A stretch of DNA of 57,165 nt, taken from the NCBI GenBank assembly GCA_963978095.1, contig CAXBQP010000011.1, forward strand, positions 1 through 57,165. Reading direction: 5' to 3'. A program made the translations under genes and the position numbers. This DNA comes from an uncultured bacterium (GTDB lineage Bacteria; Gemmatimonadota; Gemmatimonadetes; Gemmatimonadales; Gemmatimonadaceae). Positions 12,100-22,769 of the stretch are shown here, one piece after another (position 1 is the stretch's first letter; the number at the start of each line of letters is the position of its first letter). The notes under the pieces are model-generated. The model did not search any database, was not told the origin of the DNA, and saw nothing but the letters and a program-made list of their open reading frames with translations.

Positions 12100-12105
12100 A
12101 TGCCT

Positions 12106-12134
12106 GAAGGGCGCGACGAGAGGGCGCGCCCTTC
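12106..12134. terminator. Hairpin between convergent genes
   Basis: GAAGGGCGCG / CGCGCCCTTC 10-bp perfect inverted repeat. Confidence 0.65.
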
Positions 12135-12151
12135 TGTTGTGGTGGCGCGAC

Positions 12152-13387
12152 TCAGTGCGCGTCGAGCACCGCGATGATGGCGGCGGGCTCCACGGCCACG
12201 CGCCGCGCGGTGAACACACGCAACCAGCGGGCGGACCCGTAGAGTTCGTCCGACAACGTGGGCAGATCGATCGCGCCAGCGAGCCCCGCCTGCGTGAGGC
12301 GTTGCACCGAGCCGTCGTCGGTGCGCACCGGCATGTCGAGCGAGAGCATCTGCGTCTTGGCCGGGTAGTCGAGCAGCACTTCGTCGCGATGCATGCCGAG
12401 CAGTCTGGCGAGCGCGATCTCACAGGCGGCGGTGCGCGCGGCGTCGTCGGCGATCCACTCGTAGCGGTCGGCGTCGAGCTGCGCGGCGGGGGACTCCCAG
12501 GCGCGCTTGTAGAGATGCCGGCGCAGCAGGGCCCCCTGCAACGCGGTGCGACTCGGACTCGGCGCAGCCACGTCGAGGGCATGGAGCAGCCCCTCGTCAC
12601 TGAAGCGGCCCACGGCGGCCGGGTCGATCACCCCGTCGGCCAGGGCGAGCGCCACGAGCCGTTTGTACATCGCCGTCGCGCTGCGCACCGCATGATGCCA
12701 GTACACGTTGCGGTACATCTGGTACTTGGCAAAGAGCAGGGACTCGAGGGCGGAGAGCCCCTTGGCGCGCATCCCGATGGTGGGGGCGCCCGTCTCCGCG
12801 TCGTTCACCATCACCAAGGCGTGGATCAGGCGGTCCTCGTCGATCTCGCCGTAGGGGACGCCGCACATGAAGGCGTCACGCTTGAGGTAGTCAATCTTGT
12901 CGAGGTCGATCGATCCGCTGATCAGGCGTTGGAGCGGGCTCGTGCTGGTGCCGCAGATCAGCGCGAAGACACGCTCAGGGGCGCCCTGGCCGATCTCGCG
13001 CCGCAGCACCTCCGCGACCTCCCCCTCCGTGACGAGTGGTCGCGAGAGCGCCTCGTGATGCGGCATCCCGATCTCCTCGAGCGCGTGCGAGAAGGGGTAG
13101 TGGCCGATGTCGTGCAGGAGCGCGGCGGCGGTCACGATCTCGGGCTCGTCGCTGGCGACTCCGTCGAGCGCGCCGGCTTCGCGCAGGTTCGCGATCGTAC
13201 GGCGCGCGAGATGGTAGGCGCCGAGGGCGTGTTCGAACCGGGAGTGTGTGGCTCCGGGGTACACGAGGTGCGCGAGCCCCAGCTGCCGGACATAGCGCAG
13301 CCGCTGGACGACCGCGGTGTCGAGCAGTTGCTCCGCGGTGCGCTCCACGCGGATGTTGTTCCAGAGGGGGTCTCGGATGAAGGTCAC
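12152..13387 (-). CDS. HD-domain phosphohydrolase (SAMHD1/dNTPase-like)
   Basis: IRDPLW, QRLRYVRQLG, HSRFEHALG, LLHDIGHYPFSH, DKIDYLKRD, VYWHH; start placed at GTG 13387. Confidence 0.92.
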   Translation of the reverse strand: MTFIRDPLWNNIRVERTAEQLLDTAVVQRLRYVRQLGLAHLVYPGATHSRFEHALGAYHLARRTIANLREAGALDGVASDEPEIVTAAALLHDIGHYPFSHALEEIGMPHHEALSRPLVTEGEVAEVLRREIGQGAPERVFALICGTSTSPLQRLISGSIDLDKIDYLKRDAFMCGVPYGEIDEDRLIHALVMVNDAETGAPTIGMRAKGLSALESLLFAKYQMYRNVYWHHAVRSATAMYKRLVALALADGVIDPAAVGRFSDEGLLHALDVAAPSPSRTALQGALLRRHLYKRAWESPAAQLDADRYEWIADDAARTAACEIALARLLGMHRDEVLLDYPAKTQMLSLDMPVRTDDGSVQRLTQAGLAGAIDLPTLSDELYGSARWLRVFTARRVAVEPAAIIAVLDAH

Positions 13388-13436
13388 GGGTGGAATCTCG
13401 GGGAGAGGGGTGACAATCGCAACATCATCCGGACGC

Positions 13437-13470
13437 ACGAGGGGCCGACGCGTGCGCGCCGGCCCCTCGT
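13437..13470 (-). terminator. Hairpin downstream of pckA
   Basis: ACGAGGGGCCG / CGGCCCCTCGT 11-bp inverted repeat. Confidence 0.6.
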
Positions 13471-13491
13471 CATTCCGCCTTCAGGCGGGAC

Positions 13492-15105
13492 TCAGCCTTT
13501 CGGCCCAGCCCCGATGATCGCCGGCGACACGGCATCGCCGAACTTCTTGATGTTGTCGCGGAACATCCCCGCGAGCTTCGCGGCGGTCGCGTCGTACGCG
13601 GCGGTGTCCGCCCACGTCCCGCGCGCGTCGAGCACCTCGGCGGGCACTCCGTCGATCCCCTGCGGGACGTTGAGGCCGAACACCGGATCGGTCTTCACCG
13701 GGGCGTTGTCCAGCTTCCCCGCCAGCGCCGCACGCACCATCGCGCGGGTCAGGCCCAGCTTCATGCGGCTGCCGGTGCCGTACGCACCGCCGCTCCACCC
13801 GGTGTTGACGAGCCACACCTTGGTCTCGGGATACTTGTCGAGCAGCTCGCCGAGCATGTTCGCGTACTTGGTCGGGTGCCACACGAGGAAGACGGCGCCA
13901 AAGCAGGCGCTGAAGGTCGCCTGCGGCTCGGTGACGCCCCGCTCGGTGCCCGCCACCTTGGCCGTGTAACCCGACAGGAAGTAATACATCGCCTGCTCGC
14001 GCGAGAGACGCGCGATGGGCGGGAGCACGCCGAAGGCGTCGGCGGTCAGGAACACCACGTTCTTGGGCACGCCGCCACGGCCGCTGGGCACGAAGTTGCG
14101 GATGTAGTGCAACGGATACGAGGCGCGGGTGTTCTCGGTGATCTTCTGGCTCTCGAACTTCACGCGCTTGAACTCGTCGAGTTCCACGTTCTCGAGGATC
14201 GTGCCGAACATCTGCGTGGTGGCGAAGATGTCGGGCTCCTGCTCCTTGGAGAGGTTGATCACCTTGGCGTAGCAGCCACCTTCGAAGTTGAAGACGCCGT
14301 CCGCGCTCCAGCCATGCTCGTCGTCGCCGATCAGCCCGCGGTCCGGATCGGCCGAAAGCGTGGTCTTGCCGGTGCCCGAGAGCCCGAAGAAAAGCGCGGT
14401 ATCACCCGCCGCGCCGATGTTCGCCGAGCAGTGCATCGAGAGCACGCCCTGCTTCGGCAGCAGGTAGTTCATCACGGTGAACATCGCCTTCTTGAGCTCG
14501 CCCGCGTAGCGCGTGCCGCCGATGAGGATCGTGCGCTTGGCGATGTTGAGGACGATGAAGGTGCTCGTGCGCGTGCCGTGCCTGGCCGGGTCGGCCTGGA
14601 ACTCCGGCGCGTGCAGGATGCTGAAGTTCGGCGCGAAGTTCGCGAGCTCGGCGACGTCCGGGCGGATGAACATGTTGCGCACGAAGTTCGCGTGCCAGGC
14701 GTTCGGCGTCACATATCGGCAGGAGAGGCGCAGCGCCGGGTCGGCGCCGCAGTAGAGATCCTGCACGAACAGCTCACCGAGCCCATTGAGATAGCCCTTC
14801 ACGTCGGCCAGAAGCGTCTCGAAGTGTTCCGGCGTCATGGGCTGGTTGACGGCACCCCAGTCGACATCGTGCTCCGACGACGGCTCCTTCACGACGAACT
14901 TGTCCTTCGGCGAGCGCCCGGTGTGCGGCGAGGTCACGGCAACGAACGGACCCATGTCGGCCAGTTCGCCTTCACCCTTGCGAATGGCGGCCTGCGCCAG
15001 CTGGGGGGCGACGAGATTCCAATGCAACGTGCCCTTGGGGGCCAGACCCTGCGCATCGAGTCCGTTCTTGCTCACGCGCGAGGGCGCGGTGGTCGTGTCA
15101 GACAT
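13492..15105 (-). CDS. pckA: Phosphoenolpyruvate carboxykinase (ATP)
   Basis: TGRSPKDK, YAGELKK, GLSGTGKTTLS, LIGDDEHGW, FEGGCYAK. Confidence 0.98.
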   Translation of the reverse strand: MSDTTTAPSRVSKNGLDAQGLAPKGTLHWNLVAPQLAQAAIRKGEGELADMGPFVAVTSPHTGRSPKDKFVVKEPSSEHDVDWGAVNQPMTPEHFETLLADVKGYLNGLGELFVQDLYCGADPALRLSCRYVTPNAWHANFVRNMFIRPDVAELANFAPNFSILHAPEFQADPARHGTRTSTFIVLNIAKRTILIGGTRYAGELKKAMFTVMNYLLPKQGVLSMHCSANIGAAGDTALFFGLSGTGKTTLSADPDRGLIGDDEHGWSADGVFNFEGGCYAKVINLSKEQEPDIFATTQMFGTILENVELDEFKRVKFESQKITENTRASYPLHYIRNFVPSGRGGVPKNVVFLTADAFGVLPPIARLSREQAMYYFLSGYTAKVAGTERGVTEPQATFSACFGAVFLVWHPTKYANMLGELLDKYPETKVWLVNTGWSGGAYGTGSRMKLGLTRAMVRAALAGKLDNAPVKTDPVFGLNVPQGIDGVPAEVLDARGTWADTAAYDATAAKLAGMFRDNIKKFGDAVSPAIIGAGPKG

Positions 15106-15132
15106 GTTCGTGTGAGAGGGGGGAGTCGGTGA

Positions 15133-17391
<2,259 letters not shown>

Positions 17392-17454
17392 AAGCCTCGA
17401 AAGATACTCGGAGGACCGGCTCGACGAGAATCTGGGTTCGGTGTGTGTTCGGGC

Positions 17455-17493
17455 AAAAAAACGCGGCCGTGTCCCACGGGGGGCGCCCACGGC
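17455..17493 (-). terminator. Probable intrinsic terminator ending the metal ABC operon
   Basis: Minus strand GCCGTG...CACGGC hairpin followed by CGCG and T7, just after the permease stop. Confidence 0.5.
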
Positions 17494-17503
17494 ATTCTGG
17501 CGG

Positions 17504-18328
17504 TCAGCGCTTCTGCGAACGCACCGCCCACGCCCCCAGCGCCATCACCGCGCTGCAGGCGATGATCGCCGGCCCGGACGGGAGGTCGAACGGAACCGAG
17601 AGCCCGAATCCGACGACGGAGGCGAGCAGCCCGCTGAGGATCGCGACGGTGAAGATCCCGCCCATGCTCCTGGCGATCAGCAGGCCGGTCACGGCGGGGA
17701 GCACGAGGAAGTTGAAGACGAGCATCACCCCCGCGAACTGCATCGCGAACGCGATCACGAGGCCGAGCGTCGCGTAGAGCAGCAGGTTCCAGCGCGTCAC
17801 CTGATACCCCATGGTCCGAGCCGTTTCGCGGTCGAACGACACGAACAGGAACTCCTTGTAGAACACGACGTGCACGAGCAGCACGGGCACGGTCACCGCG
17901 AGCAGCACCAGCGTGTCGGCATGGGTGATGCCAAGGATGTTCCCCTGCAGGAAGATGTCGTGCGCTTCTCCCGTCTTGGCCTTCGCGACCAGCAGGATCC
18001 CGGCCGCGGCGGCGCCGGCGTACGTCACGCCGATGGTCGCGTCCGGCGGCACGCCGGACTTCGAGCCGCCGCCCGCACCGAAGAACAGGGCGCCGAGCAT
18101 CGTCACCACGAGCGAGACGGCCACGGGATGCCCGGTGAGCACCCCCCCGATCCCGAGTCCACCCAGAAAGAGCGCGAGGCCGATGCCGGCGGAGGAGAGC
18201 TGTGCGAGCGCGGCACCCACGAAGACGATGCGGCGCAACACCACGTAGACGCCGAGCACCGAGCAGGCCAGCGCGATCACGAGCGCACCGTAGAGCGCCT
18301 CGCGGAAGACCAGGATCGTGCTAAGCAT
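17504..18328 (-). CDS. Zn/Mn ABC transporter permease (ZnuB/MntB family)
   Basis: LGVYVVLRRIVFVGAALAQ, DIFLQGNIL, VSFDRETAR, DLPSGPAI; multi-TM. Confidence 0.9.
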   Translation of the reverse strand: MLSTILVFREALYGALVIALACSVLGVYVVLRRIVFVGAALAQLSSAGIGLALFLGGLGIGGVLTGHPVAVSLVVTMLGALFFGAGGGSKSGVPPDATIGVTYAGAAAAGILLVAKAKTGEAHDIFLQGNILGITHADTLVLLAVTVPVLLVHVVFYKEFLFVSFDRETARTMGYQVTRWNLLLYATLGLVIAFAMQFAGVMLVFNFLVLPAVTGLLIARSMGGIFTVAILSGLLASVVGFGLSVPFDLPSGPAIIACSAVMALGAWAVRSQKR

Positions 18329-19103
18329 GGGTGTGATGCCCCGGGTTCGTCGGGGTCGCGATGCGCCGCGCGACGACGACGCGGTGCCCGTCAAAAGTCT
18401 CCACATCGACGGGAATCTGGTACATGGCGGAGAGCGTCGATTCCGTCAGGATCTCGTCGACGCGGCCGATCCGGAATCCCCCCTCGAGCACCAGCGCGAT
18501 CCGCTCGACGTAGTTCGCGACCTCGTTCAGGGCATGACTGACCATCAACACGGTCAGGCGGTCCTGCTCGTGGAGTTCACGTACGAGACTCAGGATCTGG
18601 GTCGTCGCGACGAGATCCATCCCTTCGGTCGGTTCGTCGAGCACGAGGACGGTGGGTTCACCGACCAGCGCCCGCGCGATCAGCGTCCGCTGCTTCTGGC
18701 CCCCCGAGAGTGATCGCAGCTGCTGCGTCGCGAGGTGCGGGATTCCGACATGTTCCAGCGATGCCATGGCGCGGTCCCGGTCCTCGGCGCTCGGACGACG
18801 GCCGAGTCCGATACGGTCGTAGCGCCCCATCATCACGACTTCGACCACCGTGAGCGGGTAGACCGAATCCACGGACTCGCGCTGCGGCACATAGCCGAAG
18901 CGCAGCCCGGGACGCACGGTGACGGTCCCGGACAGCGGCGCCAACGAGCCGAGGATGTTCCGGAGCATCGTCGTCTTGCCCGCACCATTCGGGCCGACGA
19001 GTCCGAGGAAGTCCCCTTCGGGGATCTCGTAACTGATGTCGGTGAGGATCTTCTTCGCACCATAGCCAAGCGTGGCGCGATCGAATGTGACCAAGGCGCT
19101 CAT
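18321..19103 (-). CDS. Zn/Mn ABC transporter ATP-binding protein (ZnuC family)
   Basis: GPNGAGKTT, GYVPQ, LSGGQKQR, LDEPT, VSH; start ATG 19103 overlaps the SBP stop. Confidence 0.93.
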   Translation of the reverse strand: MSALVTFDRATLGYGAKKILTDISYEIPEGDFLGLVGPNGAGKTTMLRNILGSLAPLSGTVTVRPGLRFGYVPQRESVDSVYPLTVVEVVMMGRYDRIGLGRRPSAEDRDRAMASLEHVGIPHLATQQLRSLSGGQKQRTLIARALVGEPTVLVLDEPTEGMDLVATTQILSLVRELHEQDRLTVLMVSHALNEVANYVERIALVLEGGFRIGRVDEILTESTLSAMYQIPVDVETFDGHRVVVARRIATPTNPGHHTHA

Positions 19104-20008
19104 TTCACGTGGGTGGAGAGTTCCGCGATGTCGTGCTGCATCAGCTGGATGTAGTTCGTGATTCCCGGAACGCCGCCGACCGAGGGGGGAAGCACGAGCA
19201 CGGTCGCACCGGTCTGGCGGGCCACGAGATCCGCCATCTTCTTGTCGTAGAACGGTTCCATGATGATCACCTTGGCGCCGCTCGTCTTGACCGCCTGTAC
19301 GACCTGCAACAAATGACTCGGCGAGGGGGGCACCCCCGGCTTGGGTTCCATGTACGCGACAATCCGCATGCCGGTGTACTCGGCAAAGTAGTTCCAGCTC
19401 GTATGCCAGGCGACGACCGGCTTTCCCTTGATCTGCGCGAGTTGAGCTTGCCATCCGGCTTCCGCGGTCCCGAGCTTCCCCTCGAAGGACTTTTCGTTGG
19501 CTGCGTACACCGCCGCGTTCTTCGGGTCGAGTTCCGAGAACTTGGCGAGGAACAGCTTCGCCATCCGGCGCCCGTTCTCGGGGTCGAGCCAGTAGTGCGG
19601 GTTCCCCAGCGGGTGCACGTCGCCCATCGAGCGGTCCACATTCCCCCGCGGCACATCGATCAACGGCATGGCGCGACTGACGTCGACATACCCCGATCCG
19701 CCGAGCTGGATCTTGGGGTTCCGCGCGCCGTCGAGCAGCAGCGGCATCCAGCCGATCTCGAGCTCGAGGCCGACGAACGCCCATACATCGGCGTTCCGGA
19801 GCTGCAGCACGAAACTTGGCTTCGCCTCGATGAAGTGCGGATCCTGGAAGCCTTCCCCGATGTGCGACGCCTTGATCTTGTCGCCGCCCACCGCCTCCGC
19901 GATGTCATAGAGATCGGTCGTGCTGGTCACGACCTTCAGCTGTGCCTGTGCCGTGCCCGGGATGCTCACGGCGAGCAAGGCGACGGTGATCCATTGACGA
20001 ACGTGCAT
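19100..20008 (-). CDS. Zn/Mn ABC transporter substrate-binding protein (ZnuA/TroA family)
   Basis: Signal peptide; QDPH, GNPHYWLDP and WHTSWNYF His ligands; EPKPGVPPSP. Confidence 0.93.
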   Translation of the reverse strand: MHVRQWITVALLAVSIPGTAQAQLKVVTSTTDLYDIAEAVGGDKIKASHIGEGFQDPHFIEAKPSFVLQLRNADVWAFVGLELEIGWMPLLLDGARNPKIQLGGSGYVDVSRAMPLIDVPRGNVDRSMGDVHPLGNPHYWLDPENGRRMAKLFLAKFSELDPKNAAVYAANEKSFEGKLGTAEAGWQAQLAQIKGKPVVAWHTSWNYFAEYTGMRIVAYMEPKPGVPPSPSHLLQVVQAVKTSGAKVIIMEPFYDKKMADLVARQTGATVLVLPPSVGGVPGITNYIQLMQHDIAELSTHVK

Positions 20009-20046
20009 GCGTATGACTCCCCGGTCGAACGACCGATCAGGACTGC

Positions 20047-21369
20047 TCAGAAGGGATGCGGCTTGTGGGGACCGACAGAGAACACGGCCTGCAGGAGCAA
20101 TCGGTCGACGCCGGCGGTCCCCGCCTGATTCAACCGTTCGTACGACGCCATGAGCTTGGAGAACTCACTCGGGAACCACTCGAGCACGCCGGAGCCGGCG
20201 GTGAGACTCGCGCCAGCGGCGAGCGGGTCCTGCACGCTGTCGAAGCGACCGCCGAGGTAGAGACGCTGACTCACCTGCCACCGTGCGAAGACGTACCCGC
20301 CCGTGAAGTCGCGGCGTGGGCCGGCATATCCCGCGACGAACCCCGCCGACGGCGCGAAGGACGCGGAACGGGCCGGGAGGGCGGGGTCACGTTCATTAAG
20401 CTGTCGCATGACCTCCGCCTGCAACAGAAACGATCGGTACAATCCTTGCTGAAGCGGCTTCCACCGATACGTCAGATCGAGTCCAACCACACTCTGCCGT
20501 GCGCCGACGGCGTCTGCGGTGACGTTGTCGATGGTCGTGTACGCGGCGACCAATGGTTGCGCCACCTTGCCGGTCATCGCACTCGCCGAGAGCTCGACGT
20601 TCGCATCCGGCGAGAGATCGACGTAGTTCCGCAGTCGCGCGGAATACCCGAGTCCGTTCAGCTCGCGATTCACGGGCTGGTCGAGAGTCATCCCCTCCGG
20701 CGCGTCGATGAAGTGATCGACCACGCCGACGATGAGTTCCTGATAGAAACCGAACGGCGCTAGCACCTTGCTCACGGAGACGCCGGTGCCCTTGAGTCCG
20801 TCGGCGCTGAGGAAGCGTTGCAGCACGTACGGGTACTCGACGGTATGCAAGTCGTGTCGATGCGTGCTGTTCTGCTTTCCCAGCGGCATCAGGAAGCGTC
20901 CGAGCTGCGCTTGGAGCCCGTTGGGGAGCGCCGTCGTGGTCAGGAACGCCTGTTCGATCGAGATCTTCTCGGTGTCATTGATCCCGAGGAAGATGTCGCC
21001 GCGGAAGTACGGGTCCACCACGGCCTGCACCGCCAACTCCACTTCGCGGACGCGGAATCGCGAGTGGTCTTCCTGCGTGCTGCGTTTCGGCGACAGGTCA
21101 CCGACCAGGTCGCCGACGGCGCTGAAGTCAGGCAGCATCCGCGGGTTGCTGGTCCCCTGGGGCCCAGTGGTGTTCGTCGGGGCGGGCTTCGGCGCCGCCG
21201 TGAGTTTCTCGAACTCCTTCATGATGGCGACCGAGTCCGCGATCGCACGAGCGGCCGAGTCGACCGCGGTCGCGGGCGGCGCCGGCGGTGAGGGCGGGTT
21301 CGAGCGCTGCGCCCCGGCAGGGGCGGCGATGGCGAGGAGCACGAGCACCCGGGTCAGGGTGTTGCGCAT
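20047..21369 (-). CDS. Putative outer-membrane metal-uptake barrel (resembles proteins annotated as zinc-regulated outer-membrane receptors)
   Basis: Signal peptide; EVELAVQAVVDPY, HRHDLH, PSEFS; C-terminus GPHKPHPF; first large gene before the metal ABC genes. Confidence 0.72.
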   Translation of the reverse strand: MRNTLTRVLVLLAIAAPAGAQRSNPPSPPAPPATAVDSAARAIADSVAIMKEFEKLTAAPKPAPTNTTGPQGTSNPRMLPDFSAVGDLVGDLSPKRSTQEDHSRFRVREVELAVQAVVDPYFRGDIFLGINDTEKISIEQAFLTTTALPNGLQAQLGRFLMPLGKQNSTHRHDLHTVEYPYVLQRFLSADGLKGTGVSVSKVLAPFGFYQELIVGVVDHFIDAPEGMTLDQPVNRELNGLGYSARLRNYVDLSPDANVELSASAMTGKVAQPLVAAYTTIDNVTADAVGARQSVVGLDLTYRWKPLQQGLYRSFLLQAEVMRQLNERDPALPARSASFAPSAGFVAGYAGPRRDFTGGYVFARWQVSQRLYLGGRFDSVQDPLAAGASLTAGSGVLEWFPSEFSKLMASYERLNQAGTAGVDRLLLQAVFSVGPHKPHPF

Positions 21370-21454
21370 GTATGACGTGATGGAAGTGTCCTGAGGGCGG
21401 CGTTCCCTGATCGACCGGAACGCGGGAAGCCGGGGCGTGGCCCGGCGGCACGAC

Positions 21455-21811
21455 TCAGGACCGCGCGGGCGGGGCTCTCGACGAGAGGAGACGCAGCTGC
21501 CCGGCGCGCACCGGGCGACCGACTCCCGTGACGACGGCGGTCGGTCGCAGCGACTCCGTGATGACGAACGTGGGGCGCGGGGGTACCGCACTCTGCTGCA
21601 GTTGGATCGAGCAGACCACGCAGGTCGTGGCATCGTGGGCGAACGGATGCCGGTTCCCGTGCTGCTCGGCGTGGGTGTCGAGGCGAACCTCGCTCACCGG
21701 ATCGAACAGCTGCGACCCCGCGATCAATACGTGAAGCACCAGCAACACCGCTGCCGAAGCACGGCGCCGCCAGCGCGTCCACCTGCGGGGGAGGGAAAGG
21801 GGCAAACTCAC
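21455..21811 (-). CDS. DUF2946-like upstream ORF: His-rich + CxxC + C-terminal RAPP arrest motif
   Basis: Basic/hydrophobic N-terminus, HAEQHGNRHPFAHDATTCVVC, ends SSRAPPARS*; start probably GTG 21811, 7 nt after TAACCT. Confidence 0.8.
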   Translation of the reverse strand: MSLPLSLPRRWTRWRRRASAAVLLVLHVLIAGSQLFDPVSEVRLDTHAEQHGNRHPFAHDATTCVVCSIQLQQSAVPPRPTFVITESLRPTAVVTGVGRPVRAGQLRLLSSRAPPARS

Positions 21812-21844
21812 AGTGTTGAGGTTACGCGTTCGAGGCACAGAACG

Positions 21845-22747
21845 CTAGGCGGACGCCCCGCGAAAGCCCCTGAGCAGCGCCAGCATCGCCCGATCGTTGG
21901 TCACCATGTCATCCCCCTTGGGTGTCTCCAACACCATGGGAACGTGGCTCAGACGCGAGTCCGTCATGATCCGGCGAAAGGCCGCTTCACCGATCATTCC
22001 TACCCCGATCAGCTCGTGTCGGTCCTTATGCGACCCGAGCGGCGCCTTGGAGTCGTTCAGGTGGATCAACCCCAGCTGGTCCAAGCCAAGCACGTCGTCG
22101 AATCGGGAAAAGACTTCGCCGCAGTCGCTCGCCAGGTCATAGCCGGCGGCGAACACATGCGCCGTGTCGAGGCACACCCCGACCCGCGGCCGCAATGCGG
22201 CGGGAATCCGGCCGAGCAGCTCGGCCATCTCCTCGAACGTCGAGCCGAGCACCGTGCCTTGTCCGGCGGTGAGTTCCATGAGCAGGCGGGTGTCACCCAC
22301 CTCCTGCTCGAGCGCCTGCACGATGCCGTCGGCGTTGCGCGCGATCCCGCTCGCCCGATCATCCATGAAGTTGCCGGGATGCGAGACCAGCGCGTCAAGC
22401 CCGAGCGCATGGCACCGTCGCAGTTCAGCGGCGAAACTCGCGATGCTCTTTTCCCTCAGCGCCGGATCCGGCGACGCGAGATTGATCAGATAACTGTCGT
22501 GCGCGTTGGTGAATCGCACGCCACTCGCCGCGATCCCCGCGGTGAAGGCCGCCGCGATCGCCGGATCGATCTCATGCTCAGCCCACCGGTTGGCCTGCTT
22601 GGTGAAGATCTGCATCGCGGTCGCGCCGATATCGTCGGCGCGGCCGGGCGCGTTGAGCACGCCCCCCGCCGTGGAGATGTGCGCGCCCAGCGGGGCGTCC
22701 GTGGACGCCGTCGCCGACTTGGCACTGGAAGCCTTGCGGGGGGTCAT
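21845..22747 (-). CDS. nfo: Endonuclease IV
   Basis: GAHIS, HDSYLINLAS, HPG, ELTAGQG, CLDTAH, HLNDSK, DRHE, LETPK. Confidence 0.95.
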   Translation of the reverse strand: MTPRKASSAKSATASTDAPLGAHISTAGGVLNAPGRADDIGATAMQIFTKQANRWAEHEIDPAIAAAFTAGIAASGVRFTNAHDSYLINLASPDPALREKSIASFAAELRRCHALGLDALVSHPGNFMDDRASGIARNADGIVQALEQEVGDTRLLMELTAGQGTVLGSTFEEMAELLGRIPAALRPRVGVCLDTAHVFAAGYDLASDCGEVFSRFDDVLGLDQLGLIHLNDSKAPLGSHKDRHELIGVGMIGEAAFRRIMTDSRLSHVPMVLETPKGDDMVTNDRAMLALLRGFRGASA

Positions 22748-22769
22748 GACGGTCGATGAGAAGAGGGAG

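Noticed and set aside
12152..13387. HD dNTPase as an anti-phage defence gene
   Set aside because: It resembles the widespread housekeeping HD family and sits among core genes with no defence context.
18321..19784. 487-aa extended ABC ATPase, and similarly long N-terminal extensions of mfd, lepA, sulfatase and methyltransferase in the ORF track
   Set aside because: The extensions overlap neighbouring genes or promoters and are Arg/Pro/Ala-rich noise. Downstream starts give normal family lengths.
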